A DNA stretch of 64,000 bases. Origin: Candidatus Kerfeldbacteria bacterium. GTDB lineage: Bacteria > Patescibacteriota > Patescibacteriia > UBA10025 > JAHIVO01. How positions within the stretch are numbered: the stretch's first letter is position 1; each line of letters opens with the position of its first letter. Shown here in pieces: positions 39,101 to 47,933 of the stretch. The notes below the pieces were generated by a model. That model saw nothing but the letters and a program-made list of their open reading frames with translations, searched no databases and had not been told where the DNA came from. Made by a program: the position numbers and the translations under genes. The DNA lies in assembly GCA_047946875.1 (NCBI GenBank), contig CP181398.1:399154-463153 (forward strand). Reading direction: 5' to 3'.

Positions 39101-40058
39101 TGCTATCATAGTTTTCTGGTATAGGTGCGCCGATAGACGTAAATGATCCAGTAGTTTCATCATTCCCACCAAGATCTATCATGCGAATTTCACGTGGGCT
39201 ACTAGTACGACTAAAATAAAAAATATTAGAATTGTTCGGGTCAACCGCAATATTTCTCTCAACTGATGGGATAGTTTCAGTATAGATTGGTTGGCCTTTT
39301 GGGTCGTCATTTTTCATGATGTTAATACCAATATCGGTGATCTGGACGGAATATTCACCATTGATTTCCACATATCCTTCTTGTTCTCCAACTACTCTTT
39401 CTAGATTTTCCCTAAGTTCTTCACTATATTCGTCTTTAGGATTTAATCTTTTCCAATCACGTGGGGCAAGTTCAACTCCGTGTTCATTCTTGGTAACCAG
39501 TGTTATAACGGCACCATCTTTGGAAAACATAACAAGGTTATTATCTGGCAAAACAGCTACATTAGAAACAGTCTCATTATCAATACCACCAGAGCGGATA
39601 TTTATCATATTGTTAGTACCTAACGCTTTTCTAGCTTGTCCGCGTAGTTCAATTGGTATATCGTCAACGCTAATTTGATTATTAGTGCTGCTTTTTTTAG
39701 CAATGTAACTTTTTGAATGTAGTTTGCTGCTACTATCACTCCAATACCCTGAAGTAATAGTTTTATTAGTAATGTTGGACTGTATATCAGTAATTTTTTT
39801 AGCATTTTCGTCATAAATTTCTATATCTGAGCCTCTTTCTAGACTTACAATAGTATAATTATTCCAGGGTTGTATTGCTTCAATTTTTTGAGGTTCAACC
39901 TCTCTTCCGGTACCAGAAGATCTTCCATCAGATCTTCCATCAATCGGATTTTCCGATCGGACTAACTGGTTTAATTTTAGCTCAGGTAAAGATAGCTCAT
40001 GTTCTTCATGAGTCTCTGTTTCGCCTTGTTTATTTCCTTTTTCGTTTCCACCTACCAT
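36180..40058 (-). CDS. giant MoxR/AAA_5-like ATPase with N-terminal beta-propeller-like repeats and a long coiled-coil
   Basis: The C-terminal AAA_5 core reads LVLKGHAGTGKD (Walker A with D in place of S/T), VVYFNEFNAMPEQAQIFLHALMDE (Walker B NE for DE), LLVGSMNP (sensor 1) and FATRSRM (Arg). The N-terminus has repeated beta-strand blocks and about 300 aa of heptad-rich E/K sequence. Confidence 0.8.
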   Translation of the reverse strand: MVGGNEKGNKQGETETHEEHELSLPELKLNQLVRSENPIDGRSDGRSSGTGREVEPQKIEAIQPWNNYTIVSLERGSDIEIYDENAKKITDIQSNITNKTITSGYWSDSSSKLHSKSYIAKKSSTNNQISVDDIPIELRGQARKALGTNNMINIRSGGIDNETVSNVAVLPDNNLVMFSKDGAVITLVTKNEHGVELAPRDWKRLNPKDEYSEELRENLERVVGEQEGYVEINGEYSVQITDIGINIMKNDDPKGQPIYTETIPSVERNIAVDPNNSNIFYFSRTSSPREIRMIDLGGNDETTGSFTSIGAPIPENYDSISNLQLDPKGNFFLFYSGDDLIVMTKDTLKEVKRESNLSHVDFDNNGNIRAIDKDGHLVIHEANFDELAGELDKHRIQSATADLNIDDIFTQQAAKNEQAGLDNKSMDKLDGVRDDLQTKFKEMLETVSTHEGLVQARDQFNTVRQKLQAGGLRSEEIDYVIEGLEKPIQDKEKMFAKEAADKALKLVRTKLEGGLSFGSISEIREILEDIKSQEGFLISDQRLELAKARTDLDSQIRELFEKRGGEVKKDIDELISKTKKDLESFETKMQMDDWLEFRYPQIKARLSSINHDIPFEADEIYKQVQEARTSLDLLAEEYEHKFKIEYAKVREKASERIEAHVDTLQQEISSLEDRLQAQGFKDRTAGEQYLGASEAKKYIETEIEALADDDPDAAKELKRMMKVRLSNALTEIERGGMTTIADTGKQMVSFGDTRFPKWESKVKEREERSVDIAFEEDSKTRGPGISAKDIQGDIILNINTGDGKNENVRLYEGMRDEQEWRLGLQSYKGESIPPSYITAEDFKNIKKKYNDWNHGEDSKLRQEWRDNRKILRELYSTRKKISERTDEDEDKEWQDKYSEAYKKFGTFCAENNIPLLQRINRIKNQPNIETSNGKGFIPEWQSHWVTDNETEDDLENMAGNLKMQMDLQEGMLVLKGHAGTGKDVRVKMFCNMTNRPYFGMDGTKWTTEFELSEDVMLESKDGASQTVKIPSTILNGIRTPGAVVYFNEFNAMPEQAQIFLHALMDEKRSLTLKTSSGKTIKALSSVLLVGSMNPNYPGTFDPQFATRSRMVSQEIGYPQMTREANPDDPNKRPMYDSSEALRIARGVDSLADLTFEASMDHNEFVKLWDQYVNGIDNGVDKPTLEQKFDIDTILTLVQFANKLREDFIKNFEKGTSSRKALPVTQPITGRELRRCAYTLSRMTTEEKTSSDPENTARELLEKYFLTHIDKKEDQEKIRKALKTWTSQKRVTN

Positions 40059-40209
40059 AAATATTAATTTAATTTGTAATTTATCAGAAAAGTTTTGATA
40101 AGTATTTATTTTTATTAATATATTACATTATTGTACATTATTCTTACTGTTTTGTCAACCCCAGTCTATTGATATGAGAAGTTTAATTTATTTGGTATAC
40201 TATAAAAAT

Positions 40210-40839
40210 ATGAAGAGACTTTTACTAACATCAAGCGGAGAATTTGTCACCGACGGTAAGTTGGATTTTTTTGGTATGCGTCGAGAAGACTTAAGATGGG
40301 CTTATATTATAACAGCAGGAAAAAATATGGAGAATGTCAGTTTTATGGAAGTTCGGAAGAAAAGGATGAATGAATTGAAGTATGATTTTACCGAAATTGA
40401 TATAGATAACAAAACAGAAAATGAAGTAAGGAAAGAATTAAAAGATTTTGATGTAATTTATGTGGAAGGAGGGGATACTTTCTATTTATTAAAAGCAATT
40501 CGCAATTGTAATTTCAAAGCTATAATAGAAGAGAAAATAGAACAAGGAGTTATATATGTGGGATCCAGTGCTGGTGCATATATAACTTGTCCGACAATTG
40601 AAATGGCTACTTGGATTAATAGTAATAATTTCAGTTACCATGGATTAACTGATTTTACTGGTATGAGTTTAGTACCTTTCTTTATTTACGCACATTACGA
40701 AGAAGGTGTAAAAGATATACTCAAAGAGAAGATGAGGTATCTAGGATGTAATACCAAAATATTAAATGACGAGCAGGCATTAAGAATAGAAGATAATAAA
40801 ATTGAGTTGCTTGGAGATCCAATAGAAATATATATTTAG
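40210..40839 (+). CDS. pepE: peptidase E / S51 family dipeptidase (PepE-like)
   Basis: MKRLLLTSSG..., VIYVEGGDTFYLL and GSSAGAYI motifs. The ATG at 40210 was preferred over the track start at 40174. The TAG stop overlaps the first base of repeat R. Confidence 0.65.
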   Translation: MKRLLLTSSGEFVTDGKLDFFGMRREDLRWAYIITAGKNMENVSFMEVRKKRMNELKYDFTEIDIDNKTENEVRKELKDFDVIYVEGGDTFYLLKAIRNCNFKAIIEEKIEQGVIYVGSSAGAYITCPTIEMATWINSNNFSYHGLTDFTGMSLVPFFIYAHYEEGVKDILKEKMRYLGCNTKILNDEQALRIEDNKIELLGDPIEIYI

Positions 40840-41163
40840 CCTTACTTTTCTTCATGCTAAGAAAAGTAACAAAAGAAGCTTCGCACATATAATAAAATTA
40901 ACAAAATACTTGTTTTGTCACTTTTACTTAAAACCGCTTACGCTTAAGTTAAGTAAACCCTATGGGTCGTTCCTCAACTACATATTTTGTGACATTTTAT
41001 TCTAAGGTGCGATTTTTATTAAATTATATATAGCTATTGATTTTAATAACTCAGGGTCTGGGGGCTTCTTAAGCCATTCTTAATAGTAAAATGATAATTA
41101 CTGGTAGCGCATCGAAGCCCCTAGCAGTTTTTGAAATACTTTTTGCTGTAAAAAAGTATTAAA
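40839..41163 (-). repeat. right, full-length copy (R) of the large inverted repeat
   Basis: Reverse complement of L1 (22845-23109) and L2 (23897-24083). It contains the palindrome ATACTTTTTGCTGTAAAAAAGTAT and GC boxes. Confidence 0.75.
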
Positions 41164-41212
41164 TATATCAATTTACATAAAAAATTATTTATTATAATAT
41201 TAAGTAGTTAAT

Positions 41213-41914
41213 ATGAACACATATAATCAATTAATTAAAGAATTAAAAAAACTTGGAAATAAAACGAGAGCTTTGCATTCCCAAAGATTTTTTAAAACTG
41301 GTAGAGGTGAATACGGAGAAGGGGATATATTCTTAGGGATTATCATGCCCGTACAAAGAGAGTTAACTCTGAAGTATTTAGATTTGTCATTGGTTGATAT
41401 ACAGAAACTAATTAATAGCAAAATACATGAGCACCGAATGGTCGGTCTTTTGATAGTTACTTACAGATTTAAAAAAGCGAACGATAAAGAGAAAGAAAGT
41501 TTATTTAAATTTTATATAAAGAATTCTAAGAAAATAAATAACTGGGACTTAGTAGATGTAACTTGTCATAAAGTTGTAGGAGTATATTTGTTTGATAAAA
41601 AAAGAGATTTATTATTTCGCTGGGCAAGATCAAATAATTTATGGGAAAAAAGATTGTCAATAATATCTACAGCTTTTTTTATTAGTAGAAATGATTTAGA
41701 TGATACCTATAAAATATCAAAAATATTATTAAAAGATGATCACGACCTGATTCATAAGGCAGTAGGATGGATGTTACGAGAAGCAGGTAAAAGAGACAAA
41801 CAACGTTTAGTACGATATTTGGATCAGTATGCTAATAAAATGCCAAGAACCATGCTGAGATATTCTATAGAAAAATTTACACCCAAAGAACGTAAATATT
41901 TTATGAATAAATAA
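41213..41914 (+). CDS. DNA alkylation repair protein (AlkD-like HEAT-repeat glycosylase family)
   Basis: A 233-aa helical-repeat protein with NNWDLVD and VGWMLRE motifs typical of the DNA_alkylation family. Confidence 0.6.
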   Translation: MNTYNQLIKELKKLGNKTRALHSQRFFKTGRGEYGEGDIFLGIIMPVQRELTLKYLDLSLVDIQKLINSKIHEHRMVGLLIVTYRFKKANDKEKESLFKFYIKNSKKINNWDLVDVTCHKVVGVYLFDKKRDLLFRWARSNNLWEKRLSIISTAFFISRNDLDDTYKISKILLKDDHDLIHKAVGWMLREAGKRDKQRLVRYLDQYANKMPRTMLRYSIEKFTPKERKYFMNK

Positions 41915-41964
41915 GGATATATAAACGATTTCATTTTATTGCTAATTATGATAAATTTATACAT

Positions 41965-42240
41965 ATGAAGTTAAAGAAAGTTATATATTTAATACTATCT
42001 GAATTACTATTTATTATTATAGGTTATGGTTTACATGCCATTTTAGAATTAGTAGTTCTAAATAGTAATAATAATATTACATGGTATACACACTTTAGTG
42101 GTTCATGTGCTCTGCACCCAATAATTAGTTATGGATTATTTATAGCTAGTTTGGTGGCTGGTGTAGTGGTTGGATTGAATTGGTGGAGGATAGTATATAT
42201 AGAGAGAAGACATTGGAGATTTAAAAAAAATAAAGAATAA
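41965..42240 (+). CDS. small hypothetical membrane protein
   Basis: Two TM helices. Confidence 0.4.
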   Translation: MKLKKVIYLILSELLFIIIGYGLHAILELVVLNSNNNITWYTHFSGSCALHPIISYGLFIASLVAGVVVGLNWWRIVYIERRHWRFKKNKE

Positions 42241-42245
42241 ATTAT

Positions 42246-43304
42246 ATGAGTCCGATAATGGAAAATGATTTTTGGGATAAGATGTTATTTAATAACACAG
42301 TAGAAGAGTATGGTATAGCGTTAGCTATTTTAGTCGGCTTAATTATCTTGTTTTATATTTTTCAAAGAATAGCTTTACACAGGTTAGAAAAATTAGCAAA
42401 ATTGACCAAGACAAATATTGATGATGCTGTTATTAATATATTTAGATCAATTAAACCACCATTTTATTTTTTTATAGCCTTCTTTATAGCTATACAGTTT
42501 TTAGATTTTCCTGACATGGCTAATAAGATTGTGAGTGCCTTTCTGATTGTCTGGGTAGTCTTTTTAGCAGTCAAAGCTTCACAGATTTTTATAAATACTC
42601 TGTTCAAAGAAAAGATGGAGTCAGAGTCGGATCGTGGGACCAAGTCAGCCTTAGGAGCGATAAATATTATTATAAAGATCATTATTTGGTCTATTGGTTT
42701 ACTAATGATTTTATCAAATTTAGGAATAGATATTACTTCATTGATTGCTGGATTAGGTATTGGTGGTATAGCCATAGCTTTTGCTTTACAAAATATCCTT
42801 AGTGATCTATTTAGTTCTTTTTCAATTTATTTTGATAAACCATTCGTGGTTGGTGATTTTATAATCGTTGGTGGTAAGAGTGGGACAGTTAAGAAGATAG
42901 GTATTAAATCAACAAGAATAAGAGCTCTACAAGGTGAAGAAGTAGTTATATCAAATAATGAACTGACTTCCTCTCAAATTCAGAATTTTAAAAAGATGGA
43001 AAGAAGAAGAGTAGTATTTTCAATTGGAGTGCTATATGAAACTTCAACAGAAAAAATGAAAATGGTGCCTGAGATAATAAAAAAGATTTTTGAATCAGTA
43101 GATGGTATTGATCTTGATAGGGTACATTTTAATGAATTTGGTGATTTTTCTTTAGGTTTTGAAATTGCATATTTTGTACAATCACCTGATTTTGTGAAAA
43201 ATATGGATGTCAGACATGAGATTAACTTGAAGATAAAAGATGAGTTTGAAAAAGTAGGTATTGAGATGGCTTTTCCAACTCAAACTCTCTACATAAAAAA
43301 ATAA
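42246..43304 (+). CDS. mechanosensitive ion channel protein, MscS family
   Basis: Three N-terminal TMs, the conserved beta domain (VGDFIIVGGKSGTVKKIGIKSTRIRALQGEEVVISN) and a C-terminal alpha/beta domain. Confidence 0.85.
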   Translation: MSPIMENDFWDKMLFNNTVEEYGIALAILVGLIILFYIFQRIALHRLEKLAKLTKTNIDDAVINIFRSIKPPFYFFIAFFIAIQFLDFPDMANKIVSAFLIVWVVFLAVKASQIFINTLFKEKMESESDRGTKSALGAINIIIKIIIWSIGLLMILSNLGIDITSLIAGLGIGGIAIAFALQNILSDLFSSFSIYFDKPFVVGDFIIVGGKSGTVKKIGIKSTRIRALQGEEVVISNNELTSSQIQNFKKMERRRVVFSIGVLYETSTEKMKMVPEIIKKIFESVDGIDLDRVHFNEFGDFSLGFEIAYFVQSPDFVKNMDVRHEINLKIKDEFEKVGIEMAFPTQTLYIKK

Positions 43305-43308
43305 AATA

Positions 43309-43638
43309 ATGAAAAATATATCTTCTAAGTATCAACTAGATGCTGCTTTGGAAAAATCAAATCACGAATTGATCATCCTTTTCAAGCATAGTAATACTTG
43401 CCCGACTAGTGCAAGCGCTTTTTTGGAGATTGAGAATTTAGAAAAAAAAATTGATGTACCTATATTTAAGATAGTAGTCCAAGATTATCGAAAATTATCA
43501 GATAAAGTTGAAGATTTATTAGAAGTTCAGCATGAATCTCCACAGGCAATATTGATAAATCAAAGTCATGAAAAAAAGATATTTAATCATGAAGAGATTA
43601 CTGAGGACAACTTATTCGAAGCGGTAATGAATTTTTAG
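43309..43638 (+). CDS. thioredoxin-fold monothiol protein (YtxJ-like, TCPxS motif)
   Basis: HSNTCPTS redox motif in a thioredoxin-like layout of about 110 aa. Confidence 0.5.
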   Translation: MKNISSKYQLDAALEKSNHELIILFKHSNTCPTSASAFLEIENLEKKIDVPIFKIVVQDYRKLSDKVEDLLEVQHESPQAILINQSHEKKIFNHEEITEDNLFEAVMNF

Positions 43639-43741
43639 ATAGATAATTTTATTTTTATAACAACGAGGCCTTTACAAGACGGTTTATTTGTGCTATACTA
43701 TGAATATAAAGAGCCAAAAATAAAAATAAAAACAAAATAAT

Positions 43742-45148
43742 ATGGAAAAACGTCAAAATATTTTTGGATATTTAGGAATTGTATTTACTTTTGCAATTCT
43801 ATTTTTAGTTGTACCTACTACTGTAAAAGCTGAAGATTCTAGAAGTCCGGAAGTAAAATTATTTAACACGGAAGATTTTACTGTAGACAAATCATTTATG
43901 GCATTCTCTGAGTCATTCAAAGGAGGAGTATCAGTAGCAGTATGTGACCTTGATAACAATGGGTATGAAGAAGTTGTTGTTGGAGCTGGAGAAAGTGGTG
44001 GTCCTCAAGTTATAGTTTATGATAGTATGGGTAATGAAAAATTCACACCTGGTTTTTTTGCTTACGATATTTCATTTCGAGGTGGTGTAAATGTAGCTTG
44101 CGGTGATCTAGATGGCGATGGTTATGGTGAAATAATTACCTCTACAAAATCTGGGGCACCTCATGTACGAACTTTTAATAGATATGGACATCCAGTATTT
44201 ACACCTGGTTTTTTTGCTTATGATTTAGATATGGTTGGAGGAGTAAATATCGCTGTAGGTGATCTAGATGGTGATGGTGAAAATGAAATTATTACCGCTC
44301 CTGAATCTGAGGGTGAACCTAGAATAAATGTATTTAATAGATATGGTAGAAAAATAGATTTTGATATTTATCCATTTCATCATGAGTTCAAAGGTGGAGT
44401 AAGTCTTGCTGTTGCAAATATTGAAGGAGAAAAAGATGCTTTGATTACAGGTGTACAAAGTCAGGATGTATCTTGGATCAAAGTTTTTACCGCAGATAAT
44501 ACACAAAACCCAATTGGAAATTTCATGGGTTTTGATCAGGGTTTCAAAGGTGGGGTAAATATTTCTACTGGAGATTTAGATAATGACGGAGTTGATGAAG
44601 TGGTGGTAGCTGCTGGTGAAGGTGGTGGTCCACATGTTAGAATTTTTGAGTTAGATGGTAGAGCAAAAGCAGATAATTTTTTTGCCTTCGAAACTAGCTT
44701 TAGAGGAGGAGTTCTTGTCAGTGTAGGAGATATAAATAGAGATGGAGATGATGAAATAATAGTAGCACCAGGTAAAAAGAATTCTTTCACTGGTTTAGTC
44801 AATAAAATAGTAGTAGATCTTTCAGAACAAAAACTTTATGCTTATGAAGGAGATAAGCTAATAAATTCATTTTTGGTTTCTACAGGTTTAGCAGGTACTC
44901 CTACGAGACCAGGAAACTTCGCTGTATCACAAAAAATATATTCTAAAAATTATTCAGGTCCTGGGTACTACCTACCAAACACTTTATGGAATATGAGGTT
45001 TGATGGTATGAGATTGTTACACGGAGCGTATTGGCATAATAATTTTGGTCATCCAATGAGCCATGGTTGTATAAATATACATTATAGAGATGCTGAATGG
45101 TTATATGATCACACACCAATGGGTACTCAAGTAATAGTGAATAATTAG
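43742..45148 (+). CDS. secreted FG-GAP repeat protein with C-terminal L,D-transpeptidase (YkuD) domain
   Basis: A signal peptide. Six repeats of GDLDxDGxxEhh (FG-GAP/VCBS-like). The C-terminal catalytic motif is HGCINIHYRD (L,D-TPase H-G-C). Confidence 0.7.
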   Translation: MEKRQNIFGYLGIVFTFAILFLVVPTTVKAEDSRSPEVKLFNTEDFTVDKSFMAFSESFKGGVSVAVCDLDNNGYEEVVVGAGESGGPQVIVYDSMGNEKFTPGFFAYDISFRGGVNVACGDLDGDGYGEIITSTKSGAPHVRTFNRYGHPVFTPGFFAYDLDMVGGVNIAVGDLDGDGENEIITAPESEGEPRINVFNRYGRKIDFDIYPFHHEFKGGVSLAVANIEGEKDALITGVQSQDVSWIKVFTADNTQNPIGNFMGFDQGFKGGVNISTGDLDNDGVDEVVVAAGEGGGPHVRIFELDGRAKADNFFAFETSFRGGVLVSVGDINRDGDDEIIVAPGKKNSFTGLVNKIVVDLSEQKLYAYEGDKLINSFLVSTGLAGTPTRPGNFAVSQKIYSKNYSGPGYYLPNTLWNMRFDGMRLLHGAYWHNNFGHPMSHGCINIHYRDAEWLYDHTPMGTQVIVNN

Positions 45149-45238
45149 TTTTATTTAACTCTAGCCAAATAAAAATAACTTTGTTATACTAGACAGTAAT
45201 CAGGTATATATAACTGATATACTGTCTTTTTAACGTTT

Positions 45239-46918
45239 ATGAATTTAAGAAAGAAGGTTTGGCTTACATTTGTCGGAATTATCATATTAGCTGTTTTAGC
45301 TGGTATGTTAAGTTATCCAAGTGGACCAGATATACAAATTGGAGAGTATTTTAAAGAGATTAAAGTTCATCTTGGTTTAGATTTGCAAGGTGGTACTCAT
45401 CTTGTCTATGATGCAGATACTTCGCAGATTGAAGAATTAGAAAAAGAAGCTGCTTTAGAGGGAGTACGTGATGTAATTGAAAGAAGAGTTAATGCATTCG
45501 GTGTTTCTGAACCTGTCATTCAGACTAATAGAAGTGGAGAAAATTGGCGAATTATAGTTGAATTAGCTGGAGTTCAAGATATTAATCAGGCAATAAGCAT
45601 GATTGGAGAAACTCCATTACTAGAATTTAAGGAGGAAATATCCAATGAATTAACTGATGATGAAAAAGCTGTAATAGAAAGTTCTAATGCAGAAAAGAAA
45701 ATTAAAGCGGAAGAGGTATTAGCTCAAGTTCTAGTTGACGGAGCTGATTTTGCAATAATTGCTAATGAAAATACTGAAGATCCTGGAAATCTTAATTTCG
45801 AAACAAATGAGAGTAAAGGTGGTGATTTAGGTTTCTTTTCTAGAGAGGTAATGATTGCTGAATTTTCTGATGTTGCATTTGATAAGTTAAGTGATGGTGA
45901 AATATATCCAGAACTAGTAGAAACACAATTTGGCTATCATATTATTAAAAGAACTGGTACGAACCCAGAAAATGCTGATGAAGTTAGTGCGAGTCATATA
46001 TTATTTTCTATTCAATCTACAGTAGGTCAACCTCAGTTTGAAAATACTGGATTATCCGGTAAACAACTTGAAAGAGTGGCTGTTGAATTTGAACCAAATA
46101 CAAATATGCCTCAAGTGTCGTTACAATTCGATGCTGAGGGTAAAGATTTGTTTGCGGAAATTACAGAAAGAAATATTGGGAAAGTTGTAGGGATATATTT
46201 GGATGGTTCACCTATATCTATGCCTAGAGTTAATGATGTTATTACTGCTGGGAGTGCAGTTATAAGTGGAGATTTTGATCTGGAAGAAGCAAAACTATTA
46301 GCTCAAAGATTAAATGCGGGTGCTTTACCTGTACCTATTACTCTGGTAGCACAACAAAATATTGGAGCAACTTTAGGTAAAGCTTCAGTAGACAAAAGTC
46401 TGTTAGCAGGTATTATCGGCCTAACTTTGGTTATTATATTCATGATTATTTATTATCGTGTACCTGGAATAGTGGCCACAGTAGCTTTGATTATATATGC
46501 ATTGTTAGTATTAGCCGTATTCAAACTTGTGCCAGTTACTTTAACCTTAGCTGGTGTAGCTGGATTTATTTTATCTATAGGCATGGCTGTTGATGCTAAT
46601 GTTTTAATATTTGAAAGAAGTAGGGAAGAATTACGGGATGGTAAACATTTAGACTTGGCAATTGAAGATGGATTTTCTAGAGCTTGGCCATCTATTAGGG
46701 ATTCAAATATTTCTAGTTTAATAACATGTGTAATATTAGCTTGGTTTGGTACTAGTGTTGTCCAAGGTTTTGCTATTACATTAGGTATTGGTGTTTTACT
46801 TAGTATGTTCTCAGCGATTACTGTAACAAGGACATTATTAAGATTAATTGGTAAAGGTTGGTTAAGTAATCACTTATCATTATTTGGTGGAGTGCATAAG
46901 GAATCAAAAAATGTTTAA
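45239..46918 (+). CDS. secD: protein translocase subunit SecD (with inserted parvulin-like domain)
   Basis: LGLDLQGGTHL, the P1 base region and the 6-TM SSD are present. Residues about 150-260 carry PpiC/parvulin-like motifs (GGDLGFFSR...FGYHIIKRTG). Confidence 0.85.
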   Translation: MNLRKKVWLTFVGIIILAVLAGMLSYPSGPDIQIGEYFKEIKVHLGLDLQGGTHLVYDADTSQIEELEKEAALEGVRDVIERRVNAFGVSEPVIQTNRSGENWRIIVELAGVQDINQAISMIGETPLLEFKEEISNELTDDEKAVIESSNAEKKIKAEEVLAQVLVDGADFAIIANENTEDPGNLNFETNESKGGDLGFFSREVMIAEFSDVAFDKLSDGEIYPELVETQFGYHIIKRTGTNPENADEVSASHILFSIQSTVGQPQFENTGLSGKQLERVAVEFEPNTNMPQVSLQFDAEGKDLFAEITERNIGKVVGIYLDGSPISMPRVNDVITAGSAVISGDFDLEEAKLLAQRLNAGALPVPITLVAQQNIGATLGKASVDKSLLAGIIGLTLVIIFMIIYYRVPGIVATVALIIYALLVLAVFKLVPVTLTLAGVAGFILSIGMAVDANVLIFERSREELRDGKHLDLAIEDGFSRAWPSIRDSNISSLITCVILAWFGTSVVQGFAITLGIGVLLSMFSAITVTRTLLRLIGKGWLSNHLSLFGGVHKESKNV

Positions 46919-47810
46919 TATAATTCAAAATAGAAAATACTGGTACATTTTTTCAGCAATAATTCTTATTCCTAGTATTGTTGCGATTTTACTGGGTGGA
47001 CTTAAGCTTGGGATAGACTTCACTGGTGGTAGTTTGATAAGAGCTGATTTTGTAGACAATCAACCAACTGTCATTGAGATTGAAGATTCTTTGGCTAAGA
47101 TAGATGGTTTGGGAGTTGTTAGCGCACAACCATATGGTGACACAGAAATGACACTCCGATTGAGAAATATTGATAATGATACCTATCAGAATATACTTAT
47201 CGTTCTAAGAGAGGATTTTATAAATGTTGAGGAAAAAAGTTTCGAATCTATTGGTCCAACTATTGGACAAGAATTAAAAGAGAAGGCAATCGTTGCTATG
47301 ATATTAGTTCTTGTATTTATAGTTTTATATACTTCTTTTGCATTCAGAAAGTCTGGTTCAGCTAATGTTAAACCTTGGGTATATGGATTAGGAACTTTAG
47401 TTGCATTATTTCATGACATTATTATTGTTGTAGGAATATTTGCTATTCTAGGTAAGTTTTGGAATGTAGAAATAGATATATTATTTATAACCGCTTTATT
47501 AACTGTTCTTGGTTTCTCAGTACATGATACTATTGTTGTTTATGATCGAGTGAGAGAAAAATTAAAAATAAATTATAATAAGACATTTTCTGACACAGTT
47601 AATGAGAGTGTCAATCAAACTTTAGTAAGATCAATCAATACATCTTTGACTACTTTATTAGTTTTATCCGCTCTATATCTCTTTGGAGGGGACTCAATCA
47701 GCCAATTTGTACTTGCTTTAATAATTGGTATTATCGCCGGAACGTACTCATCTGTGTTTATAGCAAGTCCATTTTTAGTAACATGGCAAAAAATAACTAA
47801 TAAATCATAA
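46911..47810 (+). CDS. secF: protein translocase subunit SecF
   Basis: GIDFTGGSLI and a 6-TM domain. It overlaps the secD stop by 8 nt. The start was taken at MFNIIQ rather than the track start at 46884. Confidence 0.85.
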   Translation: MFNIIQNRKYWYIFSAIILIPSIVAILLGGLKLGIDFTGGSLIRADFVDNQPTVIEIEDSLAKIDGLGVVSAQPYGDTEMTLRLRNIDNDTYQNILIVLREDFINVEEKSFESIGPTIGQELKEKAIVAMILVLVFIVLYTSFAFRKSGSANVKPWVYGLGTLVALFHDIIIVVGIFAILGKFWNVEIDILFITALLTVLGFSVHDTIVVYDRVREKLKINYNKTFSDTVNESVNQTLVRSINTSLTTLLVLSALYLFGGDSISQFVLALIIGIIAGTYSSVFIASPFLVTWQKITNKS

Positions 47811-47828
47811 AGTAATTAATAAACTCGA

Positions 47829-47856
47829 TAGGGTAATTAAATTAACCCTTTTTTGT
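47829..47856 (+). terminator. rho-independent terminator of secDF
   Basis: GGGTAATT-AA-ATTAACCC followed by TTTTTT. Confidence 0.65.
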
Positions 47857-47933
47857 ATTTGCCAAAATATTTAAAGTGTGGTGAAATCATCTATTGACAC
47901 ATATTACAAAGTATGCTATACTAAAGATGTTAA

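Noticed and set aside
22845-41163. Integrase, transposase or invertase that could explain the inverted repeats.
   Set aside because: No ORF in or next to the island has recognisable tyrosine or serine recombinase, DDE or HUH motifs, so mobility or inversion is not supported by an encoded enzyme within this window.
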